This document shows, one piece after another, positions 1 to 9,991 of a DNA stretch of 64,000 bases. Origin of the DNA: an uncultured Spirochaetota bacterium (GTDB lineage Bacteria; Spirochaetota; Spirochaetia; SZUA-6; Fen-1364); the NCBI GenBank assembly GCA_963745235.1, contig CAVUXE010000044.1, positions 1 through 64,000 of the forward strand, given 5' to 3'. Every line of letters begins with the position of its first letter. Position 1 is the first letter of the stretch. The notes under the pieces are model-generated. The model ran no database searches, had not been told where the DNA came from, and was given only the letters and a program-made list of their open reading frames with translations. A program made the translations under genes and the position numbers.

Positions 1-252
1 TGCGCGGTGCTCGGCCGCTTGGGAAGCCGCCTCATCGCGCTCGGCTTCCTGCTGGATCTCCTTGCCCTGGCCCTCGTACTTCTTCTTCTGCACTTCGTAA
101 TCGGCTTTCATCTTCTCCGCAGCGTCACCCTTGGCGCCGAGGACCACGAGCAGGTTTAACCCCAGCTCGACGTTGTGCGATTTCACGCGGGATGCCTGGT
201 AATGCGACCAGGCGTCGTTCGCTTCGGACTTGGCAATAATCGCCTCCGTGAA
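1..252 (-). pseudogene. DUF4337-family membrane protein fragment (5'-truncated, runs off the window edge)
   Basis: Manual translation [35 protein letters not shown]...KKKYEGQGKEIQQEAE resembles DUF4337 (A-x-D-x-W-x-x-Y-Q-A motif). An in-frame TGA at 253-255 lies directly upstream and there is no start codon. Confidence 0.6.
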
Positions 253-448
253 TCAGCTCAAGTCGTGCCAGGAGGTATCCCGGATATTCTGCGCCACGGC
301 GAACCCCGTCCAGGTCCTGGTGGGAAGCTCGGACCAGGGCAGGGGGATCATGGGCGTGATTGACGGTTTCCCTCCGAAGGGCGTTGAGAAAGAAAAGGAC
401 AAGACCGAGCGGAGATCCATGCTGCGAAGGTTCGGCTACAAGTTCTGA
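248..448 (+). pseudogene. Adenosine-specific kinase (DUF355) C-terminal fragment
   Basis: [19 protein letters not shown]...[18 protein letters not shown]...FGYKF is the typical DUF355 C-terminus. The N-terminal ~100 aa are absent. Confidence 0.75.
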
Positions 449-465
449 CCGACAGGAGGTTCGTC

Positions 466-1287
466 ATGAAGCGATTGGGGTTTTTCGTGTTCTCCGCATG
501 CCTCGCGGGGCTCCTTGTCAGCTGCGCGAGCCAGGAGCCCATGGTCTCCACCCCGCCCGCCGTGACTGTCAGTAATTTCAAATCCGTCTCCTTCACGCCG
601 CAGCGCATCGAGTTCGACGCAAGGGTCCTCATTCAGAATACCGCTCCGGTGCCTCTCGACCTGGCGAAGGTGGACTGGGCTGTCGACATGTTTGACCAGG
701 AGCTTTTCAACGACTCTTTCAGCGGATTGAAACGCACGGACGGCAACGGCACCCAGACTGTCTCCCTCCCCTTTCATATTGTCATGAAGGACGTGACGGC
801 GCAGGCGCCCGACCTCCTGGCGGAAGGGAAGCTGAGGGTCACGTTCCGCGGCCAGGTGTACAGCGCGGCCCGCTATGGGCTTTCGCCGGTGCCCTTCACG
901 CAATCCATCGAGATCCCGATCCCGAAGCTGCCGGATGTCGCCTATGTGGGGTCCGAAGGCGAGCCTTTTTCGAGCTCGTTCAGGCTCAACTTCACGGTCA
1001 CCAATTCCAACTCTTTCCCGATCGCACTGACCTCGGTCAAGACCTTCCTGGAGATAAGCGGCAGGAAGTACTCGCTGCTGCACACGCGCAAGTCAGTCGA
1101 CGTGCAGCCGGGTGAGACGCAGCCGGTGGTCCTTCAGATGGAGAACTCTCCGGGCAAGGCCCTGAGCATGGCCCTCAACCTCGCGCAGAATCCCAACCCG
1201 ACCTTCAGCATCACGGGGACGGTGACATTCAACACTCCCTACGGGTGGGTCTTCATCCCCCTGAACCAGCAGGAGATGCTGCAGTAA
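466..1287 (+). CDS. LEA_2/WHy-domain lipoprotein (two domains)
   Basis: AGGAGG RBS, lipobox LVSC, and two beta-rich units each with an N-x-x-x-x-P motif (NTAPVP, NSNSFP). Confidence 0.75.
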   Translation: MKRLGFFVFSACLAGLLVSCASQEPMVSTPPAVTVSNFKSVSFTPQRIEFDARVLIQNTAPVPLDLAKVDWAVDMFDQELFNDSFSGLKRTDGNGTQTVSLPFHIVMKDVTAQAPDLLAEGKLRVTFRGQVYSAARYGLSPVPFTQSIEIPIPKLPDVAYVGSEGEPFSSSFRLNFTVTNSNSFPIALTSVKTFLEISGRKYSLLHTRKSVDVQPGETQPVVLQMENSPGKALSMALNLAQNPNPTFSITGTVTFNTPYGWVFIPLNQQEMLQ

Positions 1288-1329
1288 ACCCGGAGGGAAC
1301 CCGCCTGGGGACGGCGCTCAGCGCCGCCC

Positions 1330-2200
1330 TCAGCGTGGCGGCTCACTCGCGTCCGGCATCCAGGCCCTGGCCCTGTCCTTCAGCAGCCTGCTGAAGGTGA
1401 TGCGCGGAACCGCCTGGGGCGGCCGCGCGGCAATCGTGATCTTCTGTCCCGTTGCAGGGTTCACACCGACGCGCGCCTTGCGGGCCGGCTGCTCCCTCAG
1501 GAACAGCCTCCCCAGCTTCCCCAGGGGGACTTTCTGACCCAGGAGCATCCCTGACTGGAGGAGCAGGTGGTAGTCCTCAAGGAGCTGCCTGGCCTGCCTC
1601 TGGCTCAACCCGTTCTTTTCCGCGAGATAGGAGATCATGGATTTCGCGGTCATGAGGTCGGGAAAGCCCGTGCCCGGAGCTGCGACGGTCCGGTTGATCT
1701 TCACGAAAGCGCTGGTCAGGTAGATGGTGGCCTCTCGAATCCTTCGCGCCTGCTCTTCGGCCGGGAGCCCGGGATCGCAGGCTGCGATCTTGAGCAGCGC
1801 GGAGGTGCGCCGGAGCGGCCCCTGTGAGAACTCCGCCTCCTTGTCCACGGCAAGCCCCTGCGGGAAGTCCACGGAGTCCAGGAGCACGAGGTGCGGGACA
1901 TCCATGCGCAGCTCGATGCTGGCGTATTCCCCGTGACGGCCCGCCGTCCCGGGAGGCTCCAGGCTCACAAGTGAGCCGGACCACGTCAGGAGAAGCGCCC
2001 CGCGCGGGTCGGCGGCGGGCAGGGACGCCAGCTCCTGCATGTCGAGCGCCCGGGCCTGGTCCTCGAACATGCGTTTCTTTGAAAGCCACGCCGCTCCCAT
2101 GCGCTGCAGCGACTCCTCGGTGTCCGGGCAGGCCCGAGCTTCGCACAAGGGCCGCGAGGTGCGCGCGTATGGGCGCGCTGATCCCACTGACATCATCCAT
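1330..2200 (-). CDS. HU/IHF-family DNA-binding protein with a ~190-aa N-terminal extension (frameshift ~2125)
   Basis: C-terminal HU signature (LGKLGRLFLREQPARKARVGVNPATGQKITIAA...PRITFSRLLKD). ATG at 2200 follows GGAGG; N-terminus MDDVSGISAPIRAHLAALVRSSGLP joins DTEESL by a 1-nt shift. Confidence 0.75.
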
Positions 2201-2253
2201 AGGGTCCTCCCCTTGAAAACGTAGTGCCCCTTGCGCAGAATCACAATCCTGAT

Positions 2254-3090
2254 ATGACAACCCTCGAACTGAGTGCAATCCTGGCGGGAGCGTCGGTTGC
2301 CGCGGGGCTCATCGGTTCCCTCACGGGTCTCGGCGGCGGGGTGATCGTGATTCCGCTCCTCACGCTGGGGCTGGGAATCGATATCCGCTACGCCATCGGC
2401 GCTTCCCTCGTGTCCGTGATAGCCACGTCCTCGGGAGCCGCGGCCGCCTACGTGAGGGAGGGCTTCAGCAACATACGCATCGGCATGTTCCTGGAGGTCG
2501 CCACGACCCTGGGCGCTTTGGGGGGGGCCGCCATTGCGCTTCGCGTGCCCCCATCCATCATCGCCATCATCTTCGGCTGCGTGCTCCTGTATTCCGCCTA
2601 CCAGACCTTTCGCGCGCCGCCTGAGGATACCGTGAATGTCCCTCCGGACGCGCTGGCATCACGCCTGAGGATGAACGGGACATTCCCGACCTCGGAAGGC
2701 ATTCGCGCGTACAACGTCCGCTCGGTCCCCGCCGGCTTCCTCCTCATGGCAGTTGCGGGAGCAATTTCGGGGCTCCTGGGGATCGGCTCCGGGGCGCTGA
2801 AGGTCATCGCAATGGACCGGGTGATGAAGATTCCCTTCAAGGTGTCCACGACTACCAGCAACTTCATGATCGGTGTCACGGCGGCGGCAAGCGCCGGGGT
2901 CTACCTGAACAGGGGATATATCGACCCGGGGCTCGCCATGCCCATCGTGCTCGGCGTCCTGGGAGGGTCATTCCTGGGCTCGCGCCTGCTCTCCGGAGCC
3001 CGCACGAGGTCTTTGCGCGTCATATTCGCCCTTACCATCGTGGCCCTCGGAGCGGAGATGCTCTACAACGGGATCGGAGGACGGTTCTAG
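2254..3090 (+). CDS. Sulfite exporter TauE/SafE family protein
   Basis: Duplicated GSLTGLGGG / SGLLGIGSG motifs and 8 hydrophobic segments. Confidence 0.9.
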   Translation: MTTLELSAILAGASVAAGLIGSLTGLGGGVIVIPLLTLGLGIDIRYAIGASLVSVIATSSGAAAAYVREGFSNIRIGMFLEVATTLGALGGAAIALRVPPSIIAIIFGCVLLYSAYQTFRAPPEDTVNVPPDALASRLRMNGTFPTSEGIRAYNVRSVPAGFLLMAVAGAISGLLGIGSGALKVIAMDRVMKIPFKVSTTTSNFMIGVTAAASAGVYLNRGYIDPGLAMPIVLGVLGGSFLGSRLLSGARTRSLRVIFALTIVALGAEMLYNGIGGRF

Positions 3091-3477
3091 ATGAAAAGCA
3101 ACCGCGCCCTGAGCGACCACCAGGTGGAAGGCTTCATCGGCAATCTCCTGAGGACGGGGGTGATTACCGCGGCCTGCATCGTTGCGGCGGGCGGCATTTT
3201 CTATCTCTCCCGGCGCGCCGGGACTGTTCCTCGCTACGCGATGTTTCAGGGGGAGCCGGATTTTCTGAAGCGCCTGGGCAAGATCTTTCAAGCCGCATTT
3301 TCGCTGCGCAGCGAGGCGATCATCCAGCTCGGTATCCTTGTCCTGATAGCTGTCCCGATTGCGCGCGTCGCCGTCTCTGTCATCGCCTTCCTGCTGAGGC
3401 GGGACTGGCTCTACTGCGGTGTGACCATCCTGGTGCTGGCGGTCCTCCTGTTCTCGCTTCTGGGAGGCAAGGTGTAG
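3091..3477 (+). CDS. DUF1634 membrane protein (TauE partner)
   Basis: LLRTGV...IIQLGILVLIAVPIARV pattern; usual position directly after tauE. Confidence 0.85.
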   Translation: MKSNRALSDHQVEGFIGNLLRTGVITAACIVAAGGIFYLSRRAGTVPRYAMFQGEPDFLKRLGKIFQAAFSLRSEAIIQLGILVLIAVPIARVAVSVIAFLLRRDWLYCGVTILVLAVLLFSLLGGKV

Positions 3478-3486
3478 GCAGGGCTT

Positions 3487-4158
3487 CTAAGCGCGGGGGC
3501 TCCCGCCGTTCTTCTTCCATATTTCCGTAGCGCTTGCAAAATGGCTTCGCAGGAGGCCGACCGCGCGGGCAGGATCCTTCTGCAGGCAGGACAGGACGTC
3601 CGCGTGCATCTCCGCCCAGTCTTCTTCCATGGTGTGGAAGGTCTTCTCGTGCATCAGGGTCATGTTGACCCGCAGGGTGAGCTGGCGATACGTGGCGTTC
3701 AGGAGATCGTTTCCCGCGAGCGCGCAGATTTCGCCGTGGAACTCCCGGTCCAGGGCAATCGCCTTCTTCTCCTTTTCCGCCGGGTCCTGCTCTTTTCCCA
3801 GGGCGCGCATGCGAGCCACTATTGCCTCCATGCGGGCCAGGTTTGCCCTCGGGAACCTGCCCCCGCAGCAGGAAAGCGCGTACACCTCCAGCGCTTCCCG
3901 AAGCGCGTAGACCTCCAGGATGGTCCGGCGGGACGGCACGCGCACCGTGCACGAGCTGCGCGGCTTGATGTCCACCACGCCCTCGAACTCCAGTCTTTTC
4001 AAGGCCTCCCGGACCGGCATGCTGCTCACGGAAAGACGCCCGGCCACGCCCTTGATGCTGATGGTGTCCCCGTAGCGGATGGCGCCGGTGATGATCTGGT
4101 CCAGCAGGTATTCGTAGACCCTGTCCACGAGGCTTTTCGACGCACGCGTCCGCGCCAT
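3487..4158 (-). CDS. GntR-family (FCD) transcriptional regulator
   Basis: HTH VSSMPVREALKRLEFEGVV; FCD motifs DREFH...AGN...H; stop/start overlap with the upstream mog gene. Confidence 0.9.
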   Translation of the reverse strand: MARTRASKSLVDRVYEYLLDQIITGAIRYGDTISIKGVAGRLSVSSMPVREALKRLEFEGVVDIKPRSSCTVRVPSRRTILEVYALREALEVYALSCCGGRFPRANLARMEAIVARMRALGKEQDPAEKEKKAIALDREFHGEICALAGNDLLNATYRQLTLRVNMTLMHEKTFHTMEEDWAEMHADVLSCLQKDPARAVGLLRSHFASATEIWKKNGGSPRA

Positions 4159-4627
4159 CAGGGGTGTCCTTCCCCCCGCATCATTCTCAGCGCATGCTCC
4201 ATGACCGGTCCCACCACCTTCATGCAAAGGCGGACGGCTTTCAGCGAGCCGGGAAAGTTCACCACGATGGTGCTGCCCTTCATGCCCGCCACGCCGCGGG
4301 ACAGCACGGCGGCCGGGGTCTCCGCGTAGGATTGCGCCCGCAGGCATTCGGAAATCCCCGGCAGCTCTCTCTCGATGAAGCGCCGCGTTGTCTCGGGGGT
4401 GACGTCCCGGGGGATATGCCGGTTCCCCCCGTCGTGAGGATGAAGTCCGCGCCCGCGGAGGCCTGCAGGGCGGCCAGGATGTCGTCAGGCTCATCCGGGA
4501 CAACGCGGCGCGTCACCGCGGCGTCGGCGAACCTGCTTTTCACCTCTTTTTCAATCTCCGGGCCGGAAAGGTCCTCGTATTCCCCTCTGGACGCCCGGTC
4601 AGAGACAGTAATGACAACGACTTTCAA
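4158..4627 (-). CDS. mog: Molybdopterin adenylyltransferase MogA/MoaB (frameshift ~4410)
   Basis: VITVSDRASRGEYEDLSGP...TTGGTGISP, continuing RDVTPE...SRGVAG...VNFPGS in another frame. Confidence 0.9.
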
Positions 4628-5036
4628 GATCGATCTCTCCTCCCCGGATCACGCGCGCAAAAACCCCTTTGCGCGGCATAACGCAATCTCCGACAGCCCG
4701 GAAAATGGCGCAGTGGTGATGACATTCCTTCCCGATCTGGGTTATCTCAAGGAGAGCGTCCCCAATGGAAAGGCGCGCGCCCACCGAGAGCGATCCCACG
4801 TCGAGCCCCCGGGTGGTGAGGTTTTCAGCGAAATCTCCAAAGCTGATCTCAATTCCCCTGTCGCGCATGCATTCGATGTCTTCGTCGGCAAGCAGCGAGA
4901 CCTGGCGATGCCAGTCCCGCGCGTGCGCGTCTCCGACAATGCCGTGGTTCTCCTTGAGGATGGCGCGCGGGACAGGCTTCTTCTGCACGCCCACGATCTC
5001 TGAGACATTGATGGACAGCAGAGAAAAGGCTGTCAC
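4599..5036 (-). CDS. MOSC domain protein
   Basis: GIVGDAHA..HRQVSLL, FAENLTT, QIGKECHHHC...CVMPRKGVFARV. Confidence 0.9.
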   Translation of the reverse strand: MTAFSLLSINVSEIVGVQKKPVPRAILKENHGIVGDAHARDWHRQVSLLADEDIECMRDRGIEISFGDFAENLTTRGLDVGSLSVGARLSIGDALLEITQIGKECHHHCAIFRAVGDCVMPRKGVFARVIRGGEIDLESRCHYCL

Positions 5037-5485
5037 CCGGGGCTCTCTTTGGTTTTTTCGGTAAGCCGGATGCCGGTGATCGTCATCTGCTTGTCCACCG
5101 CCTTGCACATGTCGTACAGAGTCAGCGCGGCGACGGAGACTGCAACGAGGGCTTCCATCTCGATCCCCGTGCTCTCCGTGCACACGGCGCGGGAGGTGAT
5201 CTCGACACCGTCTGCGCGCAGAGCCATGTCCACGGAGACGTGGTCTATCCTGATGTTATGGCAGAGAGGGATCAGCTCGGAGGTCTTCTTGGCGGCGGCA
5301 ATCCCCGCCACGCGCGCCACGGCAAGGGCGTCGCCCTTGCTCAACAGTCTCTCGCTGATCAGGCGCAGCGTCTCGGGCTGCATGAGGACCATGCCCGTTG
5401 CGGAGGCCGTGCGGCGAACCCGCGGCTTGGCGGATACATCCACCATGACGGCCTTCCCTTCCTGATCGAGATGGCTGAAGTCCAC
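5033..5485 (-). CDS. moaC: Cyclic pyranopterin monophosphate synthase
   Basis: FSHLD..G.AVMVDVSAK, LIPLCH, TGIEMEAL, LYDMCKAVDK. Confidence 0.95.
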   Translation of the reverse strand: MDFSHLDQEGKAVMVDVSAKPRVRRTASATGMVLMQPETLRLISERLLSKGDALAVARVAGIAAAKKTSELIPLCHNIRIDHVSVDMALRADGVEITSRAVCTESTGIEMEALVAVSVAALTLYDMCKAVDKQMTITGIRLTEKTKESPG

Positions 5486-5489
5486 CGTA

Positions 5490-6287
5490 TCACCCTCCGA
5501 TCTGCGGCATTGCGCGGTTCCTGCACGCTCCACCGCGCTCAGGCTTTGCGAGCACCGCCTCGCGGAGGCTGTCTTCCAGGCGGGAAAAGTCAAGCCGCAC
5601 TTCCGTGTCGCTGTGGAGGCACGGCTTGAGCATCCCGTCAGCCATGAGCCGGATGCGGTTGCAGCGCGCGCATGACGGAGGCCGGTCGAACCCGTAGGAG
5701 TCCCTCTTCTCTCTGTCCAGGTCATAGTGGTTGATGAGCTGCAGCCGGACCCCGCGCTCCGCGCAGAACTGCCTCATGCCGTCAATCTCTTCCGCGCGGG
5801 TATCATCCAGGACCACCATGTTGATCTTGAGGGGGAACCCCTCCGCCCGGGCGGCCTCGATTCCGGCAAGCGCCTCTTCGATCCGGCCTCCGCGCGTGAG
5901 GAAACGGTACCTGTCGCCCTCCAGGGTGTCCAGGGAGACGTTCAGGGTCTGCAGCCCGGCCTCGCGGAGGGAGCGGGCGAACCTGGACAGGAGGGTGCCG
6001 TTGGTTGTCATGGCCAGGTGCTCCAGGCCTTCTGTCCGGGCAAGCATGCGAACCAGCTCTTCAATACCCCGCCTCACCAGCGGCTCCCCGCCGGTGAGGC
6101 GTACCTTGGTCACCCCCAGGCGGACCGCGGCCCCCGCAACCGCCGTGATCTGCTCGAAAGTGAGGAGGTCCCGGTGGTGGCGCAAGGGCACTCCTTCCGG
6201 GGGCATGCAGTAGCGGCACCTCAGGTTGCACTTGTCCGTGATCGAGATGCGAAGATACGTGATAGGACGATCAAAGCGGTCGAACAT
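5490..6287 (-). CDS. moaA: GTP 3',8-cyclase (short 265-aa form)
   Basis: Radical SAM motif CNLRCRYC, TGGEPL, C-terminal CARCNRIRL...CL and terminal GG. Confidence 0.92.
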   Translation of the reverse strand: MFDRFDRPITYLRISITDKCNLRCRYCMPPEGVPLRHHRDLLTFEQITAVAGAAVRLGVTKVRLTGGEPLVRRGIEELVRMLARTEGLEHLAMTTNGTLLSRFARSLREAGLQTLNVSLDTLEGDRYRFLTRGGRIEEALAGIEAARAEGFPLKINMVVLDDTRAEEIDGMRQFCAERGVRLQLINHYDLDREKRDSYGFDRPPSCARCNRIRLMADGMLKPCLHSDTEVRLDFSRLEDSLREAVLAKPERGGACRNRAMPQIGG

Positions 6288-7437
6288 CGACCTCGACTCC
6301 TTCTTCCAACCCCTCCACGCCCTTTTCCACCCGTATCAGCCCGTCCGCTCCGCCCAGCGCGTTCAGATGGGCCGAGCCGTGGTATGCAACCGGGAAGACC
6401 CGACCGTCACGCGCGCTGACCGGGCAGGAACTCGGTACGCTCCGATCCCCTCCGTCGCACGGCGGAGCCCAGGCGCGCCCGGAAGCGGGGAGGCTTCCAA
6501 TCGATGCCCATCCAGCGATAGAGGAAGGGCTTCACAAAGATCTCGAATATGACGAACGATGACACCGGGTTCCCCGGCAGCCCAAAAATGTAGCACTCAC
6601 CCCGCTTTGCAAACAGTGTGGGCTTGCCCGGCTTGACGGCCACGCCGTGAAAGAGAACGCTCGCCCCCAGCTCCGAGAGGGACCGGGGAACGAAGTCGAA
6701 GTCCCCGGCGGACACGCCGCCTGTCAGGAGAACGAGCTCGCTGGATGCGAGCGCTGCGGAAATGGCCCGCGCAAGCGGCGCCGGCTCATCCGCAACCACG
6801 CCAATGAAGCGCGACGTGCAGCGCAGGGGGGCAAGCTGGGCCGCAAGCTGCGCGGCGCTGCTGTTGTAGATCTCTCCCGGTCCGAGCGATTCGCCGGGGG
6901 AACGGATCTCCGAGCCCGTCGAAATGATCCCGACCACCGGCGTTGTCATGACGTCCACCGCCGCGAAGCCTGAGGCGGCCAGGATCCCGATGTCCTGGGC
7001 GGAAAGCGCCCGGCGCCCGAGCACGGGGTCCCCCGCGCGCAGGTTTGCGCCTCGGGGAATCACGTTGTCTCCCGTTTCCGGCCCCAGCACCCGGATGACT
7101 CCGTCCCTTTCCTCCACGAGCTCCTTGCGGATCACGCGGCCGGCGCCGGGGGCAGCATTGCGCCGGTCATGATGCGGGCGCACTCCCCCGCGCGGAGCTC
7201 CCTCCGCGGAGCGCTGCCCGCGGGGACAATTTCGACGACCCGAAGGGTTGGCGAGAGATCATCCGACCTGACGGCAAAGCCATCCATTGCGGATTTTGCA
7301 AAGGGCGGAGAATCGATGGGGGAACGAACCTCGCGCGCCAGCACCCTGCCGAGCGCCTGGTCCAGAGGGACAGTTTCGAAGGAAGAGCGGGGCTCGACCC
7401 GCCGGATGATTTCCAGAGCCTCTTCGAGCTCGATCAC
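6271..7437 (-). CDS. moeA: Molybdopterin molybdotransferase (frameshifts ~7160 and ~6415)
   Basis: PPFAKSAMDGFAV, IMTGA, ISTGSE, TGGVSAGDFD, KPGKP, GLPGNPVS; C-terminus YHGSAHLNALGGADG. Confidence 0.92.
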
Positions 7438-7449
7438 CAGACATCCCCC

Positions 7450-8454
7450 TCAGTACAGCCTGACGGCGGATGCCTTGAAGGCTACCACGTATTCGCGACC
7501 GGTTTCCATGCCAAGCTCCTCCGCCGCGGGGGGCGTGATCACCGCCTGAATGGGAAGCCCGCAATCCACGGTGATCCGCAGGAGAGCGCCCTCCGGCTGC
7601 ACCCGGGAGACCCGGCCGCGCAGCTGGTTGCGCGCGCTGGAGCTGAGGGGCACCCGTGAGATGATCACGTCATCGAGGGGAAGAACGGCAACCGAAAAGT
7701 CCCCCTGGCGCGCCGGGCAAAGCAGGACCGTCTGGCCGGAGCGAAAGTGCGTGAAATGCTCGTCCGTTCGCTCCACGCTCCCCCGAAAAATGTTCTCCGC
7801 GAAAGGCAGGACCTTGCCTTCCGACATGCGCAGCAGGGAGTCGCACAGCCGGTAGGCGAGCTCCATGGTGTGGGTGCTCATTATCACGCTGCCCCCGGCG
7901 GAAACGGTCTGGCGCACGATGGTCTCCACCACCAGCCGGGAGGCAGGGTCCACGTTCGCGGTGGGCTCATCCAGCATGAGGACTTTCGGCCGCAGCACCA
8001 GGGCGCGGGCCATGGCAACCCTCTGCACCTCCCCGCCGGAAAGCCGGCCGGCGCGTCGACCTTCGAAGCCGGGAAGCCCCACCTCTGCAAGGGCGTCTTT
8101 TGTCCTTTGCGACACCTCGTGCGCCGGCACTCCCCGGATGCGCAGGCCGTAGCCCACGTTGTGCCCGATGCTCCCGCGGAAAAGGAGCGGGCTCTGGTGC
8201 ACCATGACAGTTTCCGCCCTGACTCGCCGGGCGCCCTCTCCGTGCAGGGGCGCGCCGTTGAACAGGATCGCGCCGCGGGAAGGCTGCAGGAGACCGTTCA
8301 GGAGGCGCAGGAAGGTGGTCTTCCCCGAGCCATTCTCTCCCACCAGGACGGTCACCTTGCCGGCCGCAATGGAGAGAGAGCCGATGCTGAGCACCAGGCG
8401 GCCGTCGAGCTCCACGCGCACATCGGCAAGGGAAAACAGCGGAGCGTCACTCAT
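7450..8454 (-). CDS. tupC: Tungstate ABC transporter ATP-binding protein with TOBE domain
   Basis: GENGSGKTT, LSGGE, LDEPT; C-terminal SSARNQLRG...FKASAV (TOBE). Confidence 0.85.
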   Translation of the reverse strand: MSDAPLFSLADVRVELDGRLVLSIGSLSIAAGKVTVLVGENGSGKTTFLRLLNGLLQPSRGAILFNGAPLHGEGARRVRAETVMVHQSPLLFRGSIGHNVGYGLRIRGVPAHEVSQRTKDALAEVGLPGFEGRRAGRLSGGEVQRVAMARALVLRPKVLMLDEPTANVDPASRLVVETIVRQTVSAGGSVIMSTHTMELAYRLCDSLLRMSEGKVLPFAENIFRGSVERTDEHFTHFRSGQTVLLCPARQGDFSVAVLPLDDVIISRVPLSSSARNQLRGRVSRVQPEGALLRITVDCGLPIQAVITPPAAEELGMETGREYVVAFKASAVRLY

Positions 8455-9124
8455 GGCGCACCACCCAGTGCAGGAGCGCGTTCACGCCGAGGGCCATGAT
8501 CATGAGGATGATCCCCAGGGCAAGCCCCAGCTCGAAGTCTCCCATGCCGGTCTGCAGCGCGATTGCCGTCGTCAGCGTCCTGGTGTACCAGCGGATGTTC
8601 CCGCCCAGCATCATGGCCGCGCCCACCTCGCCAATGACCCTGCCGAAGGAAGCAAGGGCGGCCGAAAGCACGGCCCCGCGGGCCTCCCGCACGCTCATCC
8701 AGAAAATCCCCCGCCGCGTGGCGCCGAGCGTGGTGAGCACCTCGGGAAGCAGGGGGTTCAAGCTGCTGAGGGCGCTGGCCGTCAACGAGAGAACCACGGG
8801 GAAAGCCAGGATTGCCTGGCCGATGATGACGGCGCCCGGGGTGAACAAGAGCCCCATCTTCCCCAGCGGGCCGGAACGCGAGATCAGCGCGTAGACCAGC
8901 AGGCCGACAACGACCGTCGGAAGAGCCATGAGGCTGCTCAGAACGGCCAGGAGCGCCCGCCTGCCGGGGAAGCGCTTCAAAGCAATCAGGACTCCGAGCG
9001 GAATGGCGGCAGCGCATGCAATGATGGAGGAAAACAGGGAGAAACGAAGCGAGGTCCAGGTTATGAACCAGACTTCCGGGTCTCCGGAAACGAGGAGCCC
9101 GATGGCCCTTCCCAGGACCCCCAT
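8447..9124 (-). CDS. tupB: Tungstate ABC transporter permease
   Basis: LMALPTVVVGL...SRSGPLG; FGRVIGEVGAAMMLGGNIRWYTRTLTTAIAL. Confidence 0.92.
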   Translation of the reverse strand: MGVLGRAIGLLVSGDPEVWFITWTSLRFSLFSSIIACAAAIPLGVLIALKRFPGRRALLAVLSSLMALPTVVVGLLVYALISRSGPLGKMGLLFTPGAVIIGQAILAFPVVLSLTASALSSLNPLLPEVLTTLGATRRGIFWMSVREARGAVLSAALASFGRVIGEVGAAMMLGGNIRWYTRTLTTAIALQTGMGDFELGLALGIILMIMALGVNALLHWVVRHE

Positions 9125-9130
9125 GTCTCT

Positions 9131-9937
9131 CTAGCGGATCACATCAGGTGTGAACAGCGCCTGGCCGTCCACCGTGTAGTCCCGGATGACCCTCTGGCCC
9201 TGCACCGAAGTCACCCACGCAATGTACTGCATGGCCGCCATGTAATTGACGTCCGGATGCTTCTGAGGGTTCACCGCGATCACGCCGTAGGGATTGAACA
9301 GCGCGCTGTCCCCTTCGCAGAGAATCTTCAAGGCTGGCAGCTTGCCTTTCATTGCGAGCCAGGTGCCCCTGTCGCTCAAAGTATATGCGCCGATGCTGTT
9401 TGCCATCACCAGGACCTCTCCCATGCCCTGGCCGGCGTCCTTGTACCACGAGCCCGCAGGCTTTCTTCCGGCCTTGTCCCAGATGTCGAGCTCTTTGGCG
9501 TTCGTGCCGGACGCGTCTCCGCGGGAGATGAACGTTGACCCGGAAGCAGAGATCCGGGAGAACGCGTCCGCGGCGGCCGCGCTTCCGGAAATCCGTGCCG
9601 GGTCAGAGAGCGGGCCGACAACGACGAAATCGTTGTGCATCACGTCCCTGCGGTTGACCCCGTACCCCTGGGCTATGAACTTGTCCTCCAGCTTCCGGTC
9701 ATGGACGAAGACCACGTCCACGTCACCGTTCTCCCCGAGCTTGATTGCCTTGCCGGAGCCGACGGCGATCACGTCCACCGTGAGGCCGGTCAGCTTCTCG
9801 AAGGGCGGGTTCAGGACCGAAAGCAGGCCGCTGTCCAGGGTGCTCGTGGTGGTGGCCATTTTCAGCCGCGCGCTCTGGGCGGAGAGCGGGATGAGCACCG
9901 CGCAGAGAGCCAGCACGACGAGGGTTGCTTTTCGCAT
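9131..9937 (-). CDS. tupA: Tungstate ABC transporter substrate-binding protein
   Basis: TupA signature ATTTSTLDSGLL, SRGDASGT, GQGMG, YTLSDRGTW; signal peptide. Confidence 0.93.
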   Translation of the reverse strand: MRKATLVVLALCAVLIPLSAQSARLKMATTTSTLDSGLLSVLNPPFEKLTGLTVDVIAVGSGKAIKLGENGDVDVVFVHDRKLEDKFIAQGYGVNRRDVMHNDFVVVGPLSDPARISGSAAAADAFSRISASGSTFISRGDASGTNAKELDIWDKAGRKPAGSWYKDAGQGMGEVLVMANSIGAYTLSDRGTWLAMKGKLPALKILCEGDSALFNPYGVIAVNPQKHPDVNYMAAMQYIAWVTSVQGQRVIRDYTVDGQALFTPDVIR

Positions 9938-9991
9938 TGGATACCTCCAAAACAGTGTTTTGAAGGCAAGATAAGGGCCGGGTTCCTTCTC

